A DNA stretch of 64,000 nucleotides. Origin: Gammaproteobacteria bacterium (GTDB taxonomy: Bacteria > Pseudomonadota > Gammaproteobacteria > Eutrophobiales > Eutrophobiaceae). A program made the position numbers and the translations under genes. The notes beneath the pieces are model-generated. The model saw only the letters and a program-made list of their open reading frames with translations. It had not been told where the DNA came from and ran no database searches. Below are positions 30,815 to 41,088 of this stretch, in pieces (position 1 is the stretch's first letter; each line of letters starts with the position of its first letter). The stretch lies in the NCBI GenBank assembly GCA_965243205.1, contig CBDEUK010000001.1, positions 64,001 to 128,000 of the forward strand, written 5' to 3'.

Positions 30815-32131
30815 TTAACGTAACTTAAATAAGGGTTGTAATGGTTCTGCTTCCAGTTTTTGAGAAAGTATACCTTTTTCTATCGTATCTCTTACTAAAG
30901 GAAATACTTCGTCGTAAACATTCAATAAAACTTCAGTATCATGCTCGGTATGTGCATAACTGATATTATGAGAGCCAATAGTAAAGATGCCGCGCTTAAA
31001 TATTTCCTGAAGAAAATAAGTTTTGATCTCCCAACTACTGTATTCTTTAATATCTGTTATGGAAAATATTGACCACGATGGATGTCCATGAATAGACATA
31101 AATGTATTGATATCATGCTTGACCAATAATTCACTAACACCGTCTTGTACTATCTTACCTATATCGTGAATTTTTTTTATAACTGGCTGAGTCATGATCT
31201 TATTTAATACGACTTTAGCAGCAGCAAGAGATAATGTCTCACCACCAAATGTACCTGAGAAAAAAATATCTTCCATTTTCTTCATGATTTCTTTCTTCCC
31301 AGTAATCACCGATAAAGGATAACCATTTCCAAGACCTTTACCTAAAGTCGTCAAATCTGGAATCACATTAAATAATTCTTGTGCACCTCCATTTGCAAAA
31401 CGACATCCTGTTATTGTTTCATCAAAGATGAAAATTGCCTCGTTTTTATGTGTTAGTTCTTTTGCATTTTCAAGAAAATGCTCCTTAGGCCATTCGAGAT
31501 TCATGGGCTCAAGTATCACCGCTGCAACATTATTTTGATATTCATTGAATAATGTTTCTAAACTTGCAAGGTCATTATATTGGAAACTATGTGTCAACTG
31601 TTTAACCGTTTTGGGAACACCTAAATCACGCGAGGTTGATCCTATGTACCAATCCTGCCAGCCATGATAGCCACAAACTAATACATGTTCTTTACCTGTG
31701 TACGCTCTGGATAAACGAATAGCTGCAGAAGTAGCATCAGTACCATTTTTTCCAAACCGTACCATTTCTGCACTAGGAATGAGGTCTATAATTAATTCTG
31801 CAACTTCAGCTTCAAGCCGATGTGGTAATGAAAAAGTTACACCATTTTCCATTTGTTGCTTAACTGCTTTATCAATATCAACATCACAATAACCGATGGT
31901 TATGCATGCTAAAGCATTTACAAAATCAATGTACTCATTACCATCAATATCCCAAATTTTACTTCCTTTTGCATGGTCCACAAAAAAAGGCGAAACGCCT
32001 AATGGTAATTGAGTTTTACTTTTACTAAATGTTTGAGAACCCAATGGAATTGAGTTTAATGCTCGTTCCAAAAATTTCTCTGAATACTTATAACGCCCTA
32101 ATTTATTACTAATTGTTATCTCCTCAGACAT
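30815..32131 (-). CDS. Class III PLP aminotransferase (glutamate-1-semialdehyde aminomutase-like)
   Basis: SQTFSKS, WDIDGNEYID, FGKNGTDAT, GYHGWQDW, ILEP, FDETITG.R, GKGLGNG.P, GTFGGE. Confidence 0.9.
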   Translation of the reverse strand: MSEEITISNKLGRYKYSEKFLERALNSIPLGSQTFSKSKTQLPLGVSPFFVDHAKGSKIWDIDGNEYIDFVNALACITIGYCDVDIDKAVKQQMENGVTFSLPHRLEAEVAELIIDLIPSAEMVRFGKNGTDATSAAIRLSRAYTGKEHVLVCGYHGWQDWYIGSTSRDLGVPKTVKQLTHSFQYNDLASLETLFNEYQNNVAAVILEPMNLEWPKEHFLENAKELTHKNEAIFIFDETITGCRFANGGAQELFNVIPDLTTLGKGLGNGYPLSVITGKKEIMKKMEDIFFSGTFGGETLSLAAAKVVLNKIMTQPVIKKIHDIGKIVQDGVSELLVKHDINTFMSIHGHPSWSIFSITDIKEYSSWEIKTYFLQEIFKRGIFTIGSHNISYAHTEHDTEVLLNVYDEVFPLVRDTIEKGILSQKLEAEPLQPLFKLR

Positions 32132-32882
32132 ACATAGTTGAATATCCAGTTTCTGTATAAGGTGCAGTAAGTTCTATTAACTTTGGATTCCTATCTAAAA
32201 ACTCAACCACATCTAACACCGATATCATCGGAGCCTGTTCAGAAAATTGATTATAAACAATACGGCAAACAGCAAGATCTTCAGGATTATCTACTGTTAA
32301 CCTCAAATCTCTTCTAACTAATTTTTCAGGAGGGGTGTCTTTAATGATCTTGAACAGTGTCTGATGTTCTCGAATATATAAACTACAGAGTTCAGAACGA
32401 TGTTTTACACCACCATCTTTATGCGATGTCTCAAGCGCATTTAATTTAATGATCTCATATCCACAGCCATCGATCACATCATCCATAAAAGTTGCATCCG
32501 CATTTCCATTTTGATGATGGTTCCAAGATTTTTCAACTGTCTGATAATAAAGAAACGGAGATTCACTTGTAACACGGAATACGTCAGTAGCATTAACTAG
32601 TTTTCCACAATCTATCAATCTCTGCAGAACATCTATCTGATCTCCGATGATATACTTTAGTCCTTTCTCTTCAGCAATGATTTTAAATATTTCGTTTTCA
32701 ATTCCTTCTGAGATACCAAGTACAACTTCATCTATACAATCGATATTGTTTAAGCATGAAATGATATTATCAATAATACGGATTCCATGATTTACATCTA
32801 GATTTTGTATTGGTTTACCATATAATCTTGAGCCTTGGTTGCGACAAGCAAGTGCAGCGACTAATTTTCTATCGTTACTCAA
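32124..32882 (-). CDS. SpsF/NeuA-like acylneuraminate cytidylyltransferase (divergent)
   Basis: ACRNQGSRLYGKP, GDQIDVLQR, RVTSESPF, RLTVDNPEDL. Confidence 0.82.
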   Translation of the reverse strand: MSNDRKLVAALACRNQGSRLYGKPIQNLDVNHGIRIIDNIISCLNNIDCIDEVVLGISEGIENEIFKIIAEEKGLKYIIGDQIDVLQRLIDCGKLVNATDVFRVTSESPFLYYQTVEKSWNHHQNGNADATFMDDVIDGCGYEIIKLNALETSHKDGGVKHRSELCSLYIREHQTLFKIIKDTPPEKLVRRDLRLTVDNPEDLAVCRIVYNQFSEQAPMISVLDVVEFLDRNPKLIELTAPYTETGYSTMYV

Positions 32883-33880
32883 TTTATATCATCCGGTTTA
32901 ACAGGCGCGTTTTTTTTAATATCCTGAATTACTGTCTTATTATAAACTTTTTCAAGGTGGGTTATATTCGACTCTGCAGATGTCCTTTTTAAACCAACAT
33001 CCTCTGGTTGAATGATCGTACCGTTTTTCAATTGCTTTGTAGTAACGACATGACGTCTTATCATTTCACGATATTGATACTCAGACTCGCTCATACCAAA
33101 ATCGTTTTTATTTTTTGAATTACCATATGCGGCAACACAACTTCGGACAGTTTCGGTAAATACAGAAAATTCATCTGGATTCAGTGCTGATTCATGATCT
33201 TCTAACTTCATAGATTTACCCAGAGTTAAATGTTTTTCAATTACTTCTGCTCCAGCTCCAATCGCTGTTGCAGCAAGAGAATAAGCTAATTCAGTATTTG
33301 GCTCTGCATGATCAGCAAATCCAACTTTTACATCTAAATCTTTCTCATTAAATATTTTATTGAAAAGCTGAATTCTAGATATCTGATTAGTATCATTTGG
33401 TGTTGGATATCCCTGAAACCCAAACAATACGATGATTGTTTTTTTATTTAATATCGCCAAAGCCTGTTTTATCTCATTAATAAACGCACCACCTGCACCT
33501 AAAATAACTTTTTGAACTCTACAATTTGCTACTTTTTCTAATAAACCAATATTGGCTATATCTGTTCCATGAAGTTTAATAGCATCAGCTTCAATTTTTT
33601 CAGCAAGTATAAGACTTTGTTCACCAAATATATCTAGATGCAGGTTAATACCAAGCTCAATCGCATAATCAGCGAGTTCTTTCCATACTTCGTCCGGCAT
33701 TTCTAATGATTTAAACAAATCGTAATACTGGTAATCTGGTGTCGCTAGTTCATCAGCGTAGACCAATTGATATTTAACACTATCTGCATTAGCCGAATTC
33801 GCGGCCTGCATCAATAACTTCGCTTGTTCAGGTTTACCTTCAAAACCCTGAGCTAATTCTGCAATAATTTCTACATTCAT
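32879..33880 (-). CDS. Divergent NeuB/SpsE-family nonulosonate synthase
   Basis: IIAELAQG, VKYQL, GYPT, GFADH, VIEKHLT, DHESALNP; C-terminal SAF domain. Lacks the canonical GxNHNG. Confidence 0.85.
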   Translation of the reverse strand: MNVEIIAELAQGFEGKPEQAKLLMQAANSANADSVKYQLVYADELATPDYQYYDLFKSLEMPDEVWKELADYAIELGINLHLDIFGEQSLILAEKIEADAIKLHGTDIANIGLLEKVANCRVQKVILGAGGAFINEIKQALAILNKKTIIVLFGFQGYPTPNDTNQISRIQLFNKIFNEKDLDVKVGFADHAEPNTELAYSLAATAIGAGAEVIEKHLTLGKSMKLEDHESALNPDEFSVFTETVRSCVAAYGNSKNKNDFGMSESEYQYREMIRRHVVTTKQLKNGTIIQPEDVGLKRTSAESNITHLEKVYNKTVIQDIKKNAPVKPDDIN

Positions 33881-33907
33881 ATCGTTATCCTGATATTAGT
33901 TATGCTG

Positions 33908-34765
33908 TCACCACTTAGATGGATTCAATAAATTGATATCCTCTGAATTAAAATCAATTGATTCTGTATCTATTTTTGTATTGTAGGCACTAATTATTTC
34001 TTTTAAATGTTTTAAACTATCTACACCAATAATAATTTTATTAATCTCTGAATAAGCTGTCACAAAACCCAAGCAAGCCTGTAATGCCGTCAATTTATAT
34101 TTCTTCAACCATCGTTCATATAATTGCCAATTTTTTTCCCATAACTTAAATTTATCTGGACGCTGTTCAGAGTTCATCAATAATAAACCCTGTAAAAAAA
34201 CAGAACGAACATGTACCTCGATACCCATACTACTCAGTGAATTAAGCCAACCGGAGGTAACAAGCCTATGATCGAATATATTGAAAGGCGCTTGTACAAT
34301 ATCTATATCGAAATTATCTAATAATGTATGTAACTCGGATGGGTCATAAACAGAAACACCTATCTTATTGATAAATTTTTGCTGTTTAAGATCAAGTAAG
34401 GTTTGATAAAGTTCTTTTCCTTGTTCAGAAAAGAGCATTTCAGGTTTATGTAATAATAGCCCAAATAATTTATCTGTATTCAACTTACTAATTGAATCCA
34501 ATATGGAACTTCTTGCCCACGTTTTTATATCCTCACATTCTTGTGGTACAGCTGGTAGTTTGGTTATCAATTCCCAATCATTAACTCCTATTTTACCAAG
34601 TATTTCCTCTGCATTACCGTAAGCAACTGCTGTATCCAAAGTATGAATGCCATTATCCGATGAATAGCTAAGGATTTCTTTAACATCACTAAATGGAATA
34701 ATCCCATGTTGATTAGCAATACCATATTCAGTACCGAATTGAACTGTACCCAAAGCTAGTTTCAA
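33908..34765 (-). CDS. Aldo/keto reductase
   Basis: LALGTVQFG..YG, LDTAVAYG.AE..LG, ITK, LLH, IGVSVY, VQAPFNIFD, RSVFLQGLL. Confidence 0.9.
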   Translation of the reverse strand: MKLALGTVQFGTEYGIANQHGIIPFSDVKEILSYSSDNGIHTLDTAVAYGNAEEILGKIGVNDWELITKLPAVPQECEDIKTWARSSILDSISKLNTDKLFGLLLHKPEMLFSEQGKELYQTLLDLKQQKFINKIGVSVYDPSELHTLLDNFDIDIVQAPFNIFDHRLVTSGWLNSLSSMGIEVHVRSVFLQGLLLMNSEQRPDKFKLWEKNWQLYERWLKKYKLTALQACLGFVTAYSEINKIIIGVDSLKHLKEIISAYNTKIDTESIDFNSEDINLLNPSKW

Positions 34766-34780
34766 TATATAAAGTAATTC

Positions 34781-35986
34781 CTATTTTTCTAATGTATTTT
34801 TTAGAGCAAAGAGTACTTCTGACAACATATCATCCTTTAGCTCATAGTAAATTGGGATAGATAACGCCTGATAGTAATAATCCTTTGTTATGGGATAATC
34901 ATCCCGTTTAAATCCACGCTCTGCATAATAAGGATGAAATGGCACAGGTATATAATGTACTTGAGTACCAATATTTTTATCAAACAACTCTCGCATGACT
35001 TGGCCACGTGATTTGCCCAGTTTTTCGAAGTCAATACGAATCACATATAGATGTAGTGAACTATTATTACGTGATGAAGTTTGAGTTAATGTAACAAAAG
35101 GTAATTTCGCAAGTTCTTTGTCATAGATTTCTGCAATTTTTTTTCTGCGCTCTATAAATTTATTTATTTTTTTTAGCTGTGATAAAGCTAAAGCACATTG
35201 GAAGTCTGTAATACGATAATTAAACCCCAACTCCTGCATCTCATAATACCATGGGTTCAGCTTTCCTTTATCTATAGCTTCTTCTTGGTATATCAACGCA
35301 TCATCACCTTCGCTAATCCCAGGAATATCAAAATTACCTTTACATATTCCGTGACTTCGGAGTTGTAAAAGTCTTAGATAAATCGAATAATCATTCGTTG
35401 TGATCACACCTCCTTCACCTGCTGTAACACCTTTAACAGGGTGTAATGAAAATACTGTCATATCAGAATACTCACAACTTCCAACATATTTTCCAGAAGG
35501 ATAGATAGCACCGAGTGCATGTGATGCGTCTTCAATTATTTTTGCATTATGTTTTCTTGCAATATAATTTATTGACTCCATGTCACAAGGTAAACCAGCA
35601 AAATGTACTGGGATCACAGCATCTATTCCTGGTTCATTTGTAACATGGGATAAAAGTGACTCTGGAGACATATTAAGTGTATCAGGATCAATATCGGTAA
35701 ATTGCGGTTTTCCACCTGTATATAGAACAGAATTCGCACTAGCAACAAACGTATTCGCTGACGTATAAACTTTATTGTTTGGACCAATATCTGCTGCCAT
35801 GCACGCAAGATGTAAAGCTGCTGTTCCACTTGAGACTGCTACAGCATATTTTGAACCAACCTGCTTTGCTAAAGTCTTTTCAAATTCATATATGACAGGA
35901 CCTTGAGTCAGGGTACCGGACTTTAGTACTTTAATGACTTCCTCTATGTCATCCTCATCAATGTAATGTTGTCCGTAAGGAATCAT
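34781..35986 (-). CDS. pseC: UDP-4-amino-4,6-dideoxy-N-acetyl-beta-L-altrosamine transaminase
   Basis: MIPYGQH.I, LTQGP, SSGTAALH, EDASHALGA, FSLHPVK..TAGEGG, WYYEMQELGFNYRITD.QCAL, QVHYIP. Confidence 0.92.
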   Translation of the reverse strand: MIPYGQHYIDEDDIEEVIKVLKSGTLTQGPVIYEFEKTLAKQVGSKYAVAVSSGTAALHLACMAADIGPNNKVYTSANTFVASANSVLYTGGKPQFTDIDPDTLNMSPESLLSHVTNEPGIDAVIPVHFAGLPCDMESINYIARKHNAKIIEDASHALGAIYPSGKYVGSCEYSDMTVFSLHPVKGVTAGEGGVITTNDYSIYLRLLQLRSHGICKGNFDIPGISEGDDALIYQEEAIDKGKLNPWYYEMQELGFNYRITDFQCALALSQLKKINKFIERRKKIAEIYDKELAKLPFVTLTQTSSRNNSSLHLYVIRIDFEKLGKSRGQVMRELFDKNIGTQVHYIPVPFHPYYAERGFKRDDYPITKDYYYQALSIPIYYELKDDMLSEVLFALKNTLEK

Positions 35987-36897
35987 AGTTTATAAAGTTT
36001 TGTAGCTAGCCCTTCTTGTTCTTGTTCATACAATCTATGCAGATGTTGCTCTACATTACCAAGTTTTTTACCCAATAAAGTACAGGTTTTCTTATTAGAT
36101 AGGCTCATATCGAGTGGTCGTTTTACCAAATCTGTTTTATTTTTTAATAATCCTGGCTTTATATATTGTTCATCAAAATTAAATACATTGGCTAATTTTT
36201 TACCAAACTCATATTTTGACAAACGCTCATCACCTACTACATGATAAATACCCGTAGCATTTTTATCCAGTAACTCGTGTACCGTCTGAACAAGTGTTTC
36301 AATTAAAATTGGTGTGTAAAATACATCTTGAAATAAATAGATATCCTTGTTATTTCGCAAAGCATTTATGATCTGATCACTAAATGATTGCCGATATGAT
36401 GTGCCCCAACCGTAAAAATTAGTACGAATGATTAACGTTTCAGGATTTGCTTCTAATACTAATTTTTCAGCCTCTGCTTTAGTACGAGCATATTCATTAA
36501 GTGGAAATATATCTGAGCTTTCTTTTACACATGCTTCATCACCGGAAAATAAATGATCAGTTGATATATGGACTAATTTTATATTTCGTTGAGAACAAGA
36601 TCTGGCGATATTTGCTGAAAGTTCTGCGTTTACATGATAGGAATCATCTTTATTGGATTCACATATCTCCACATTTGCTAAACCTGCACTATGAATTATG
36701 ATATCAGGATTATTTAATTCCAAATATGAATTTAATTCTTGATTCGATCCTAAATCTACTAAACTAGCATTAGCGCCTTGAAAATATATTTCACGTTTAT
36801 GTAAAGCGAGTTGAACTAAAAATTTATCTAATACAGTAAAAGCCCAATTCAAAGCTAACAAGCCAGAACCACCAGTCAGCAGTATCTTTTTATCCAT
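35983..36897 (-). CDS. RmlD-like SDR reductase
   Basis: TGGSGLL, HSAGLANVEICE, HISTDHLF.G, YARTK, IRTNFYG, RPLDMSL. Confidence 0.87.
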   Translation of the reverse strand: MDKKILLTGGSGLLALNWAFTVLDKFLVQLALHKREIYFQGANASLVDLGSNQELNSYLELNNPDIIIHSAGLANVEICESNKDDSYHVNAELSANIARSCSQRNIKLVHISTDHLFSGDEACVKESSDIFPLNEYARTKAEAEKLVLEANPETLIIRTNFYGWGTSYRQSFSDQIINALRNNKDIYLFQDVFYTPILIETLVQTVHELLDKNATGIYHVVGDERLSKYEFGKKLANVFNFDEQYIKPGLLKNKTDLVKRPLDMSLSNKKTCTLLGKKLGNVEQHLHRLYEQEQEGLATKLYKL

Positions 36898-37037
36898 ATT
36901 TTTAAGAAAATTGCAATTGTATATTTAGTATCTTAATCATTACACCAACACTTTATATAAAAATATTTTCGGCAAAATTTAATTGATGATAAATCTATGA
37001 ATAATTGATAATGAAATTTAAACAGAAATATCTCATA

Positions 37038-38093
37038 CTAATCATGATTAAGAGCGGGAGGTATTTTCTTATTTAACAACTTTCTAAGAATTTTTGATTT
37101 AGATAATTTTTTTCGCGTTTTTAAATACATCGTTCTAGACAATCGTAAAAACCAATATAATGGATAAGATATTATTGAGCTCAATATTTTTACTATTAAA
37201 ACGATATATCGATTAGCAATAAAGAAAAAATAATTAAAAAAATTCGAGAATTCAGTTGTAGCCATAGTAGGTAATAGCCCAATCATACGGTTTAACAATA
37301 TGATTTCATATCTCATAATCGGAAGATTCATCGCTATTAACCTTGACTTCCACTCATCAATAAACCTTATCAATAGAAAGTCTCTTTCTCCCAAATAGGG
37401 ACTTACTCGCCCAAAAAAATCATGTTTATGTTCCAAATGCATAAAACTTCTATGTAAAACATCTGAAATAAACGCAGCATTTCTACTATACATAAGCCAA
37501 ATTAAGACAACATACATATCACCTGAATGGAATACTGGGTTAGAGTAATTATTAACAGCAAGTAATTGTCTCCTAAAGAGAACGGTTGTAACTCTAAAAT
37601 TTGTAGCTTCTTTATCTTTAAATAATGCATCTATGGTCAATGGCGCTGGCATAATATTTTGTTCGGGCCACTTTAAATCAAAACTCACAATCTCACCGGC
37701 ATCAGTCTCAAAATCATATCCACACCAAACTAGGTCAACTTCATGATCACTCTCTAGCAAATCTACTCGTCGAGATAAACTATCTTCACCGATTAAAAAC
37801 TCATCACATGAAATAAAGATTATGTATTTACCTCTAGCAACTTTTAAACCGCTATTAAAATTATTGACCATACCAATATTAGTATCATGTCGAATATATA
37901 CTATTCTAGTATCATCATAACTTTGTACAATAGATTCAGTATCATCAGTACTATTATTATTACATATAATTATTTCAATTCTTTTTTCTGATTGCATCAA
38001 AAAAGAGTCTATTGCTCTCGATAAGAATTGTCCCATATTGTAAACAGGGACAACAATAGAAACCATTGGTGTGTTTTGCACTTTACTTATCAC
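37038..38093 (-). CDS. GT2 glycosyltransferase
   Basis: VSIVVPVYN, NNNSTDDT, NIG...NFN.GL..ARGKYI, SCDE. Confidence 0.88.
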   Translation of the reverse strand: MISKVQNTPMVSIVVPVYNMGQFLSRAIDSFLMQSEKRIEIIICNNNSTDDTESIVQSYDDTRIVYIRHDTNIGMVNNFNSGLKVARGKYIIFISCDEFLIGEDSLSRRVDLLESDHEVDLVWCGYDFETDAGEIVSFDLKWPEQNIMPAPLTIDALFKDKEATNFRVTTVLFRRQLLAVNNYSNPVFHSGDMYVVLIWLMYSRNAAFISDVLHRSFMHLEHKHDFFGRVSPYLGERDFLLIRFIDEWKSRLIAMNLPIMRYEIILLNRMIGLLPTMATTEFSNFFNYFFFIANRYIVLIVKILSSIISYPLYWFLRLSRTMYLKTRKKLSKSKILRKLLNKKIPPALNHD

Positions 38094-38138
38094 TCACTAA
38101 TTTTACGGTATTAATTAAATATAAAAATAAATTTCGCA

Positions 38139-38918
38139 TTATGCGATCCTTTTTAAATAACCATCAGGTGCAACAGTAATTTGCAATTTATTCGCTATAT
38201 CTTTATCTATTTGGAATTCAGGATGTGATTTAATAAACTCCCAAACAGCAGTCTTAGGATTATCCCCTTTACCCCAAGGCCTATCAGGAAACATATCTGC
38301 TGGCATATCTTCTATGACAGTATCAAATACAACACAATAGCTATCTAAAGTAGTTAAATCTGCATAAGCATTTAATTCTTTTAAAACATGATCATGGGTA
38401 TGATTTGAATCTAAAACAACTAATATAGAACTATAATTTTTTGCAATACCATAAACTTTATCAACTACTTCTTGACTTATACTCGAACCCTCAATCATCT
38501 CAATGTATGAAGATAATGGATGATTATTAATCTCTTTCTTATTATGTTCTCTAATATCGATATCAATTCCTAATATTTTCCTTCTAGACGCTTGTGGGTT
38601 AATACTTTCATTTTTTTCAGCCGCTTCTACCACATCTAACATAGCCAACATGGATGCACTAAAAATTAATGAACCACCATGTGCTATACCTGTTTCAATA
38701 ATAAGGTCCGGCCTTATCTTCCATATTAACTCCTGCATACAAACAATATCTTGAGGATATTGTATAATCGGTCTACCCATCCATGTAAAATTATATGAGT
38801 ATTTATAAGGAGCTGACTTTAAAAGCCAATGATTAGAAAGTTCATGTAAGTCACTGTCCTTGCCGATTCTTTCAATATTTTTATTAACTTCATCTTTAAA
38901 TTTTTGTATGGCATCCAT
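38139..38918 (-). CDS. CmcI ('cephalosporin hydroxylase') family SAM-dependent sugar O-methyltransferase
   Basis: YSYNFTWMGRPIIQYPQD, IIETGIAHGGS, GIDIDIR, LDSNHTHDHV..EL, VFDT, PWGKGDNPKTAV, APDGYLKR. Confidence 0.88.
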   Translation of the reverse strand: MDAIQKFKDEVNKNIERIGKDSDLHELSNHWLLKSAPYKYSYNFTWMGRPIIQYPQDIVCMQELIWKIRPDLIIETGIAHGGSLIFSASMLAMLDVVEAAEKNESINPQASRRKILGIDIDIREHNKKEINNHPLSSYIEMIEGSSISQEVVDKVYGIAKNYSSILVVLDSNHTHDHVLKELNAYADLTTLDSYCVVFDTVIEDMPADMFPDRPWGKGDNPKTAVWEFIKSHPEFQIDKDIANKLQITVAPDGYLKRIA

Positions 38919-38947
38919 TGATTGTTTCTATACCTATTTCTTGCGTT

Positions 38948-40084
38948 TTAAGATTTATTGAGTGATTTTATTTTTTGGGAATATTCGACCATTAATACCG
39001 AATCTGAATCTATATTTTCTCTGATTACTGCACCAGATGAAATTACAACATCACTACTAATTTTAATATTTGGCTCAACAACGATACCTGTTGCAAACCT
39101 TATTCTATTTCCTATCGTAACATTTCCTGATGTTGTAACATTTGGTCCAAAAGCACAATGACTACCTAATATATTGCCATGTTCTAAGCAAACATTACTA
39201 CTTATAAAATTATTATCACCGATAAAGGAACAAGCTCCAATATACGTATTTCCTAAAATAACATTTCCTTCTCCTATCTCTACTAATGAACGTATATTAG
39301 AAGAATCGTCAATAACATTTGCAAAAGGTATTTCCATAGATTTTATTTCATTAAATACTTTTTCGCGTTCTTTAAGATCACCATTAAAAGCAATCACAAC
39401 TGAATCTATTATTTTGTTAGCAAATAAATCCCCTAATTTATCTATTGTCCCAACAACAGGAACACCCAGTATAGTTTTATTATGATAGTAAGGATTTTTA
39501 TCTAATACAGCCACAGGGCTTTGATTCTTACTTCGTAATAAAGAATCAATAATAATTAATGCGCCTCCACCTCCAGCACCACCAATAATCGCAACACGCT
39601 CTAAATTCGCAAATCCTAGTAAGCGATTTTTATTTTGTTCATATTCGATATATTCAAGAACATGATTTTCTTTTATTTTTGTAATCGAGGGATATTGTTT
39701 TGAAATTTCTTCGAGAAGAATATTATTCTTTTTTGCTATTAGTTCAGCTTTTTTAGTAAACGATATTTCATCAGAAGAAATTAACTTTTCGCTATCATTC
39801 TCTTGCTTAAATATTTTATCAACTTCACTATCAGATAAATTCTTATTAGAAAGAATTCCCATAATTGCATTCACAGAAAGTTCATCAGAAATTTCTACAT
39901 TCCAGTAAATATATCCATCAGATTCAGACACCACATCAATTGCAGTTTTGGTAGTTTCTACTACTGCAATAATATCATCATTATTTATGAAACTATCATT
40001 TTCATAAAGTTTGCTAACAAGGTTACATGATTGATCATTAACGCCTAAGAATGGCACTCGAATTAAAGTATATTCATCTTTCAT
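38948..40084 (-). CDS. Lipoyl-domain / subunit-binding-like / PglD(NeuD)-type sugar N-acyltransferase fusion
   Basis: aa 1-80 lipoyl/biotinyl-carrier fold with VVETTK46TAIDV..DGY. aa ~108-145 TKKAELIAKKNNI..I..I...HV resembles a PSBD. Then GGAGGGG Rossmann-like PglD_N domain and hexapeptide repeats with catalytic EH (CLEHG). Confidence 0.8.
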   Translation of the reverse strand: MKDEYTLIRVPFLGVNDQSCNLVSKLYENDSFINNDDIIAVVETTKTAIDVVSESDGYIYWNVEISDELSVNAIMGILSNKNLSDSEVDKIFKQENDSEKLISSDEISFTKKAELIAKKNNILLEEISKQYPSITKIKENHVLEYIEYEQNKNRLLGFANLERVAIIGGAGGGGALIIIDSLLRSKNQSPVAVLDKNPYYHNKTILGVPVVGTIDKLGDLFANKIIDSVVIAFNGDLKEREKVFNEIKSMEIPFANVIDDSSNIRSLVEIGEGNVILGNTYIGACSFIGDNNFISSNVCLEHGNILGSHCAFGPNVTTSGNVTIGNRIRFATGIVVEPNIKISSDVVISSGAVIRENIDSDSVLMVEYSQKIKSLNKS

Positions 40085-41085
40085 TGAATTAGTTCGTTTA
40101 TAGCCAGTTTAATATTATCTATATTTACAAGTACTTTTTCTTCTAATTCTTTAGCCGCAGGTATAATAGAATTATCTGAAGATAAACAGATTATTTTTTT
40201 ATCCATAGAAAAATTTTTACTTTCATAAATTGCCTTTAACACATCAGCATTCCAGCCGAATGCTCCAGCGCCAGGTTCACATATTATATACCCATATGAA
40301 GGACAATTGAGTTGATTAATCTCTTTAATAAAGTCTAAATTATTTATTATAGATGGATAAAATACTCTTATATTGATTTCTTCATCGATAAAATCTTCTA
40401 AAATTTTATTCACCATTTGACTCATTGAACCATACGAAAATATACAAATATCAGGATTCAATCCTGAAGAAAAGTTATCTACTATGGCAATAGAATTTTT
40501 TCCAATCTGTTTTTCATTAATATTTAAAGAACCACTTTTATTATTAATTAACGGACATGTATATATATCTTTACCTTCAATAAATATTGTTACTTCATCA
40601 TCTTCTACTGATTCAATGAAGAGTTTTTTTACATCATGAGCAAGACTCGGAGAAACTACAGTAACCCCCGGCATTCCAAAAAAAAGCTTTTCAATACTCT
40701 GGCTATGAGTAGGCCCATAGCCTCTTCCGCCTCCCATAGGCGTACGAATCAAAAGCGGTACATTTACTTCTTCTCCATACATAAGTCCAAACTTCGAAGC
40801 ACTGTTTAATACTTGATCAACAGTCAAACTCATGAAGTCACCAAACATTATTTCTACAATTGGTCTGTATCCTTGTAATGCTAAACCAATCCCTACTCCA
40901 ACAATTGCCGCTTCACTAATAGGTGTGGCTATCACTTTTTCAGGAAATTTATCAGATAACCCTTTTGTAACTTTAAAGGCACCTCCATATGGATCTAGTA
41001 TATCTTCACCAAGAATTAAAACGTTATCTTTCTGTTCAAATACTTCAAAAAAACCTTTATTTATTGAATTAAGATAAGTTTCCAA
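40081..41085 (-). CDS. 2-oxoacid dehydrogenase E1 beta / transketolase C-terminal subunit
   Basis: GEDI.DPYGGAFKVTKGL, TPISEAAIVG...GLA..G.RPIVEIMF.DF, GYGPTHSQS. Confidence 0.93.
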   Translation of the reverse strand: METYLNSINKGFFEVFEQKDNVLILGEDILDPYGGAFKVTKGLSDKFPEKVIATPISEAAIVGVGIGLALQGYRPIVEIMFGDFMSLTVDQVLNSASKFGLMYGEEVNVPLLIRTPMGGGRGYGPTHSQSIEKLFFGMPGVTVVSPSLAHDVKKLFIESVEDDEVTIFIEGKDIYTCPLINNKSGSLNINEKQIGKNSIAIVDNFSSGLNPDICIFSYGSMSQMVNKILEDFIDEEINIRVFYPSIINNLDFIKEINQLNCPSYGYIICEPGAGAFGWNADVLKAIYESKNFSMDKKIICLSSDNSIIPAAKELEEKVLVNIDNIKLAINELIQ

Positions 41086-41088
41086 AAT

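Noticed and set aside
30815-32131. hemL (tetrapyrrole synthesis)
   Set aside because: The SQTFSKS and HGWQDW motifs and the overlap with an SpsF-like gene fit the glycan-associated class III subfamily better than HemL.
38139-38918. Beta-lactam (cephamycin) biosynthesis or an antibiotic cluster
   Set aside because: The CmcI family is a SAM-methyltransferase fold common in glycan loci. There is no NRPS, PKS or beta-lactam gene here.
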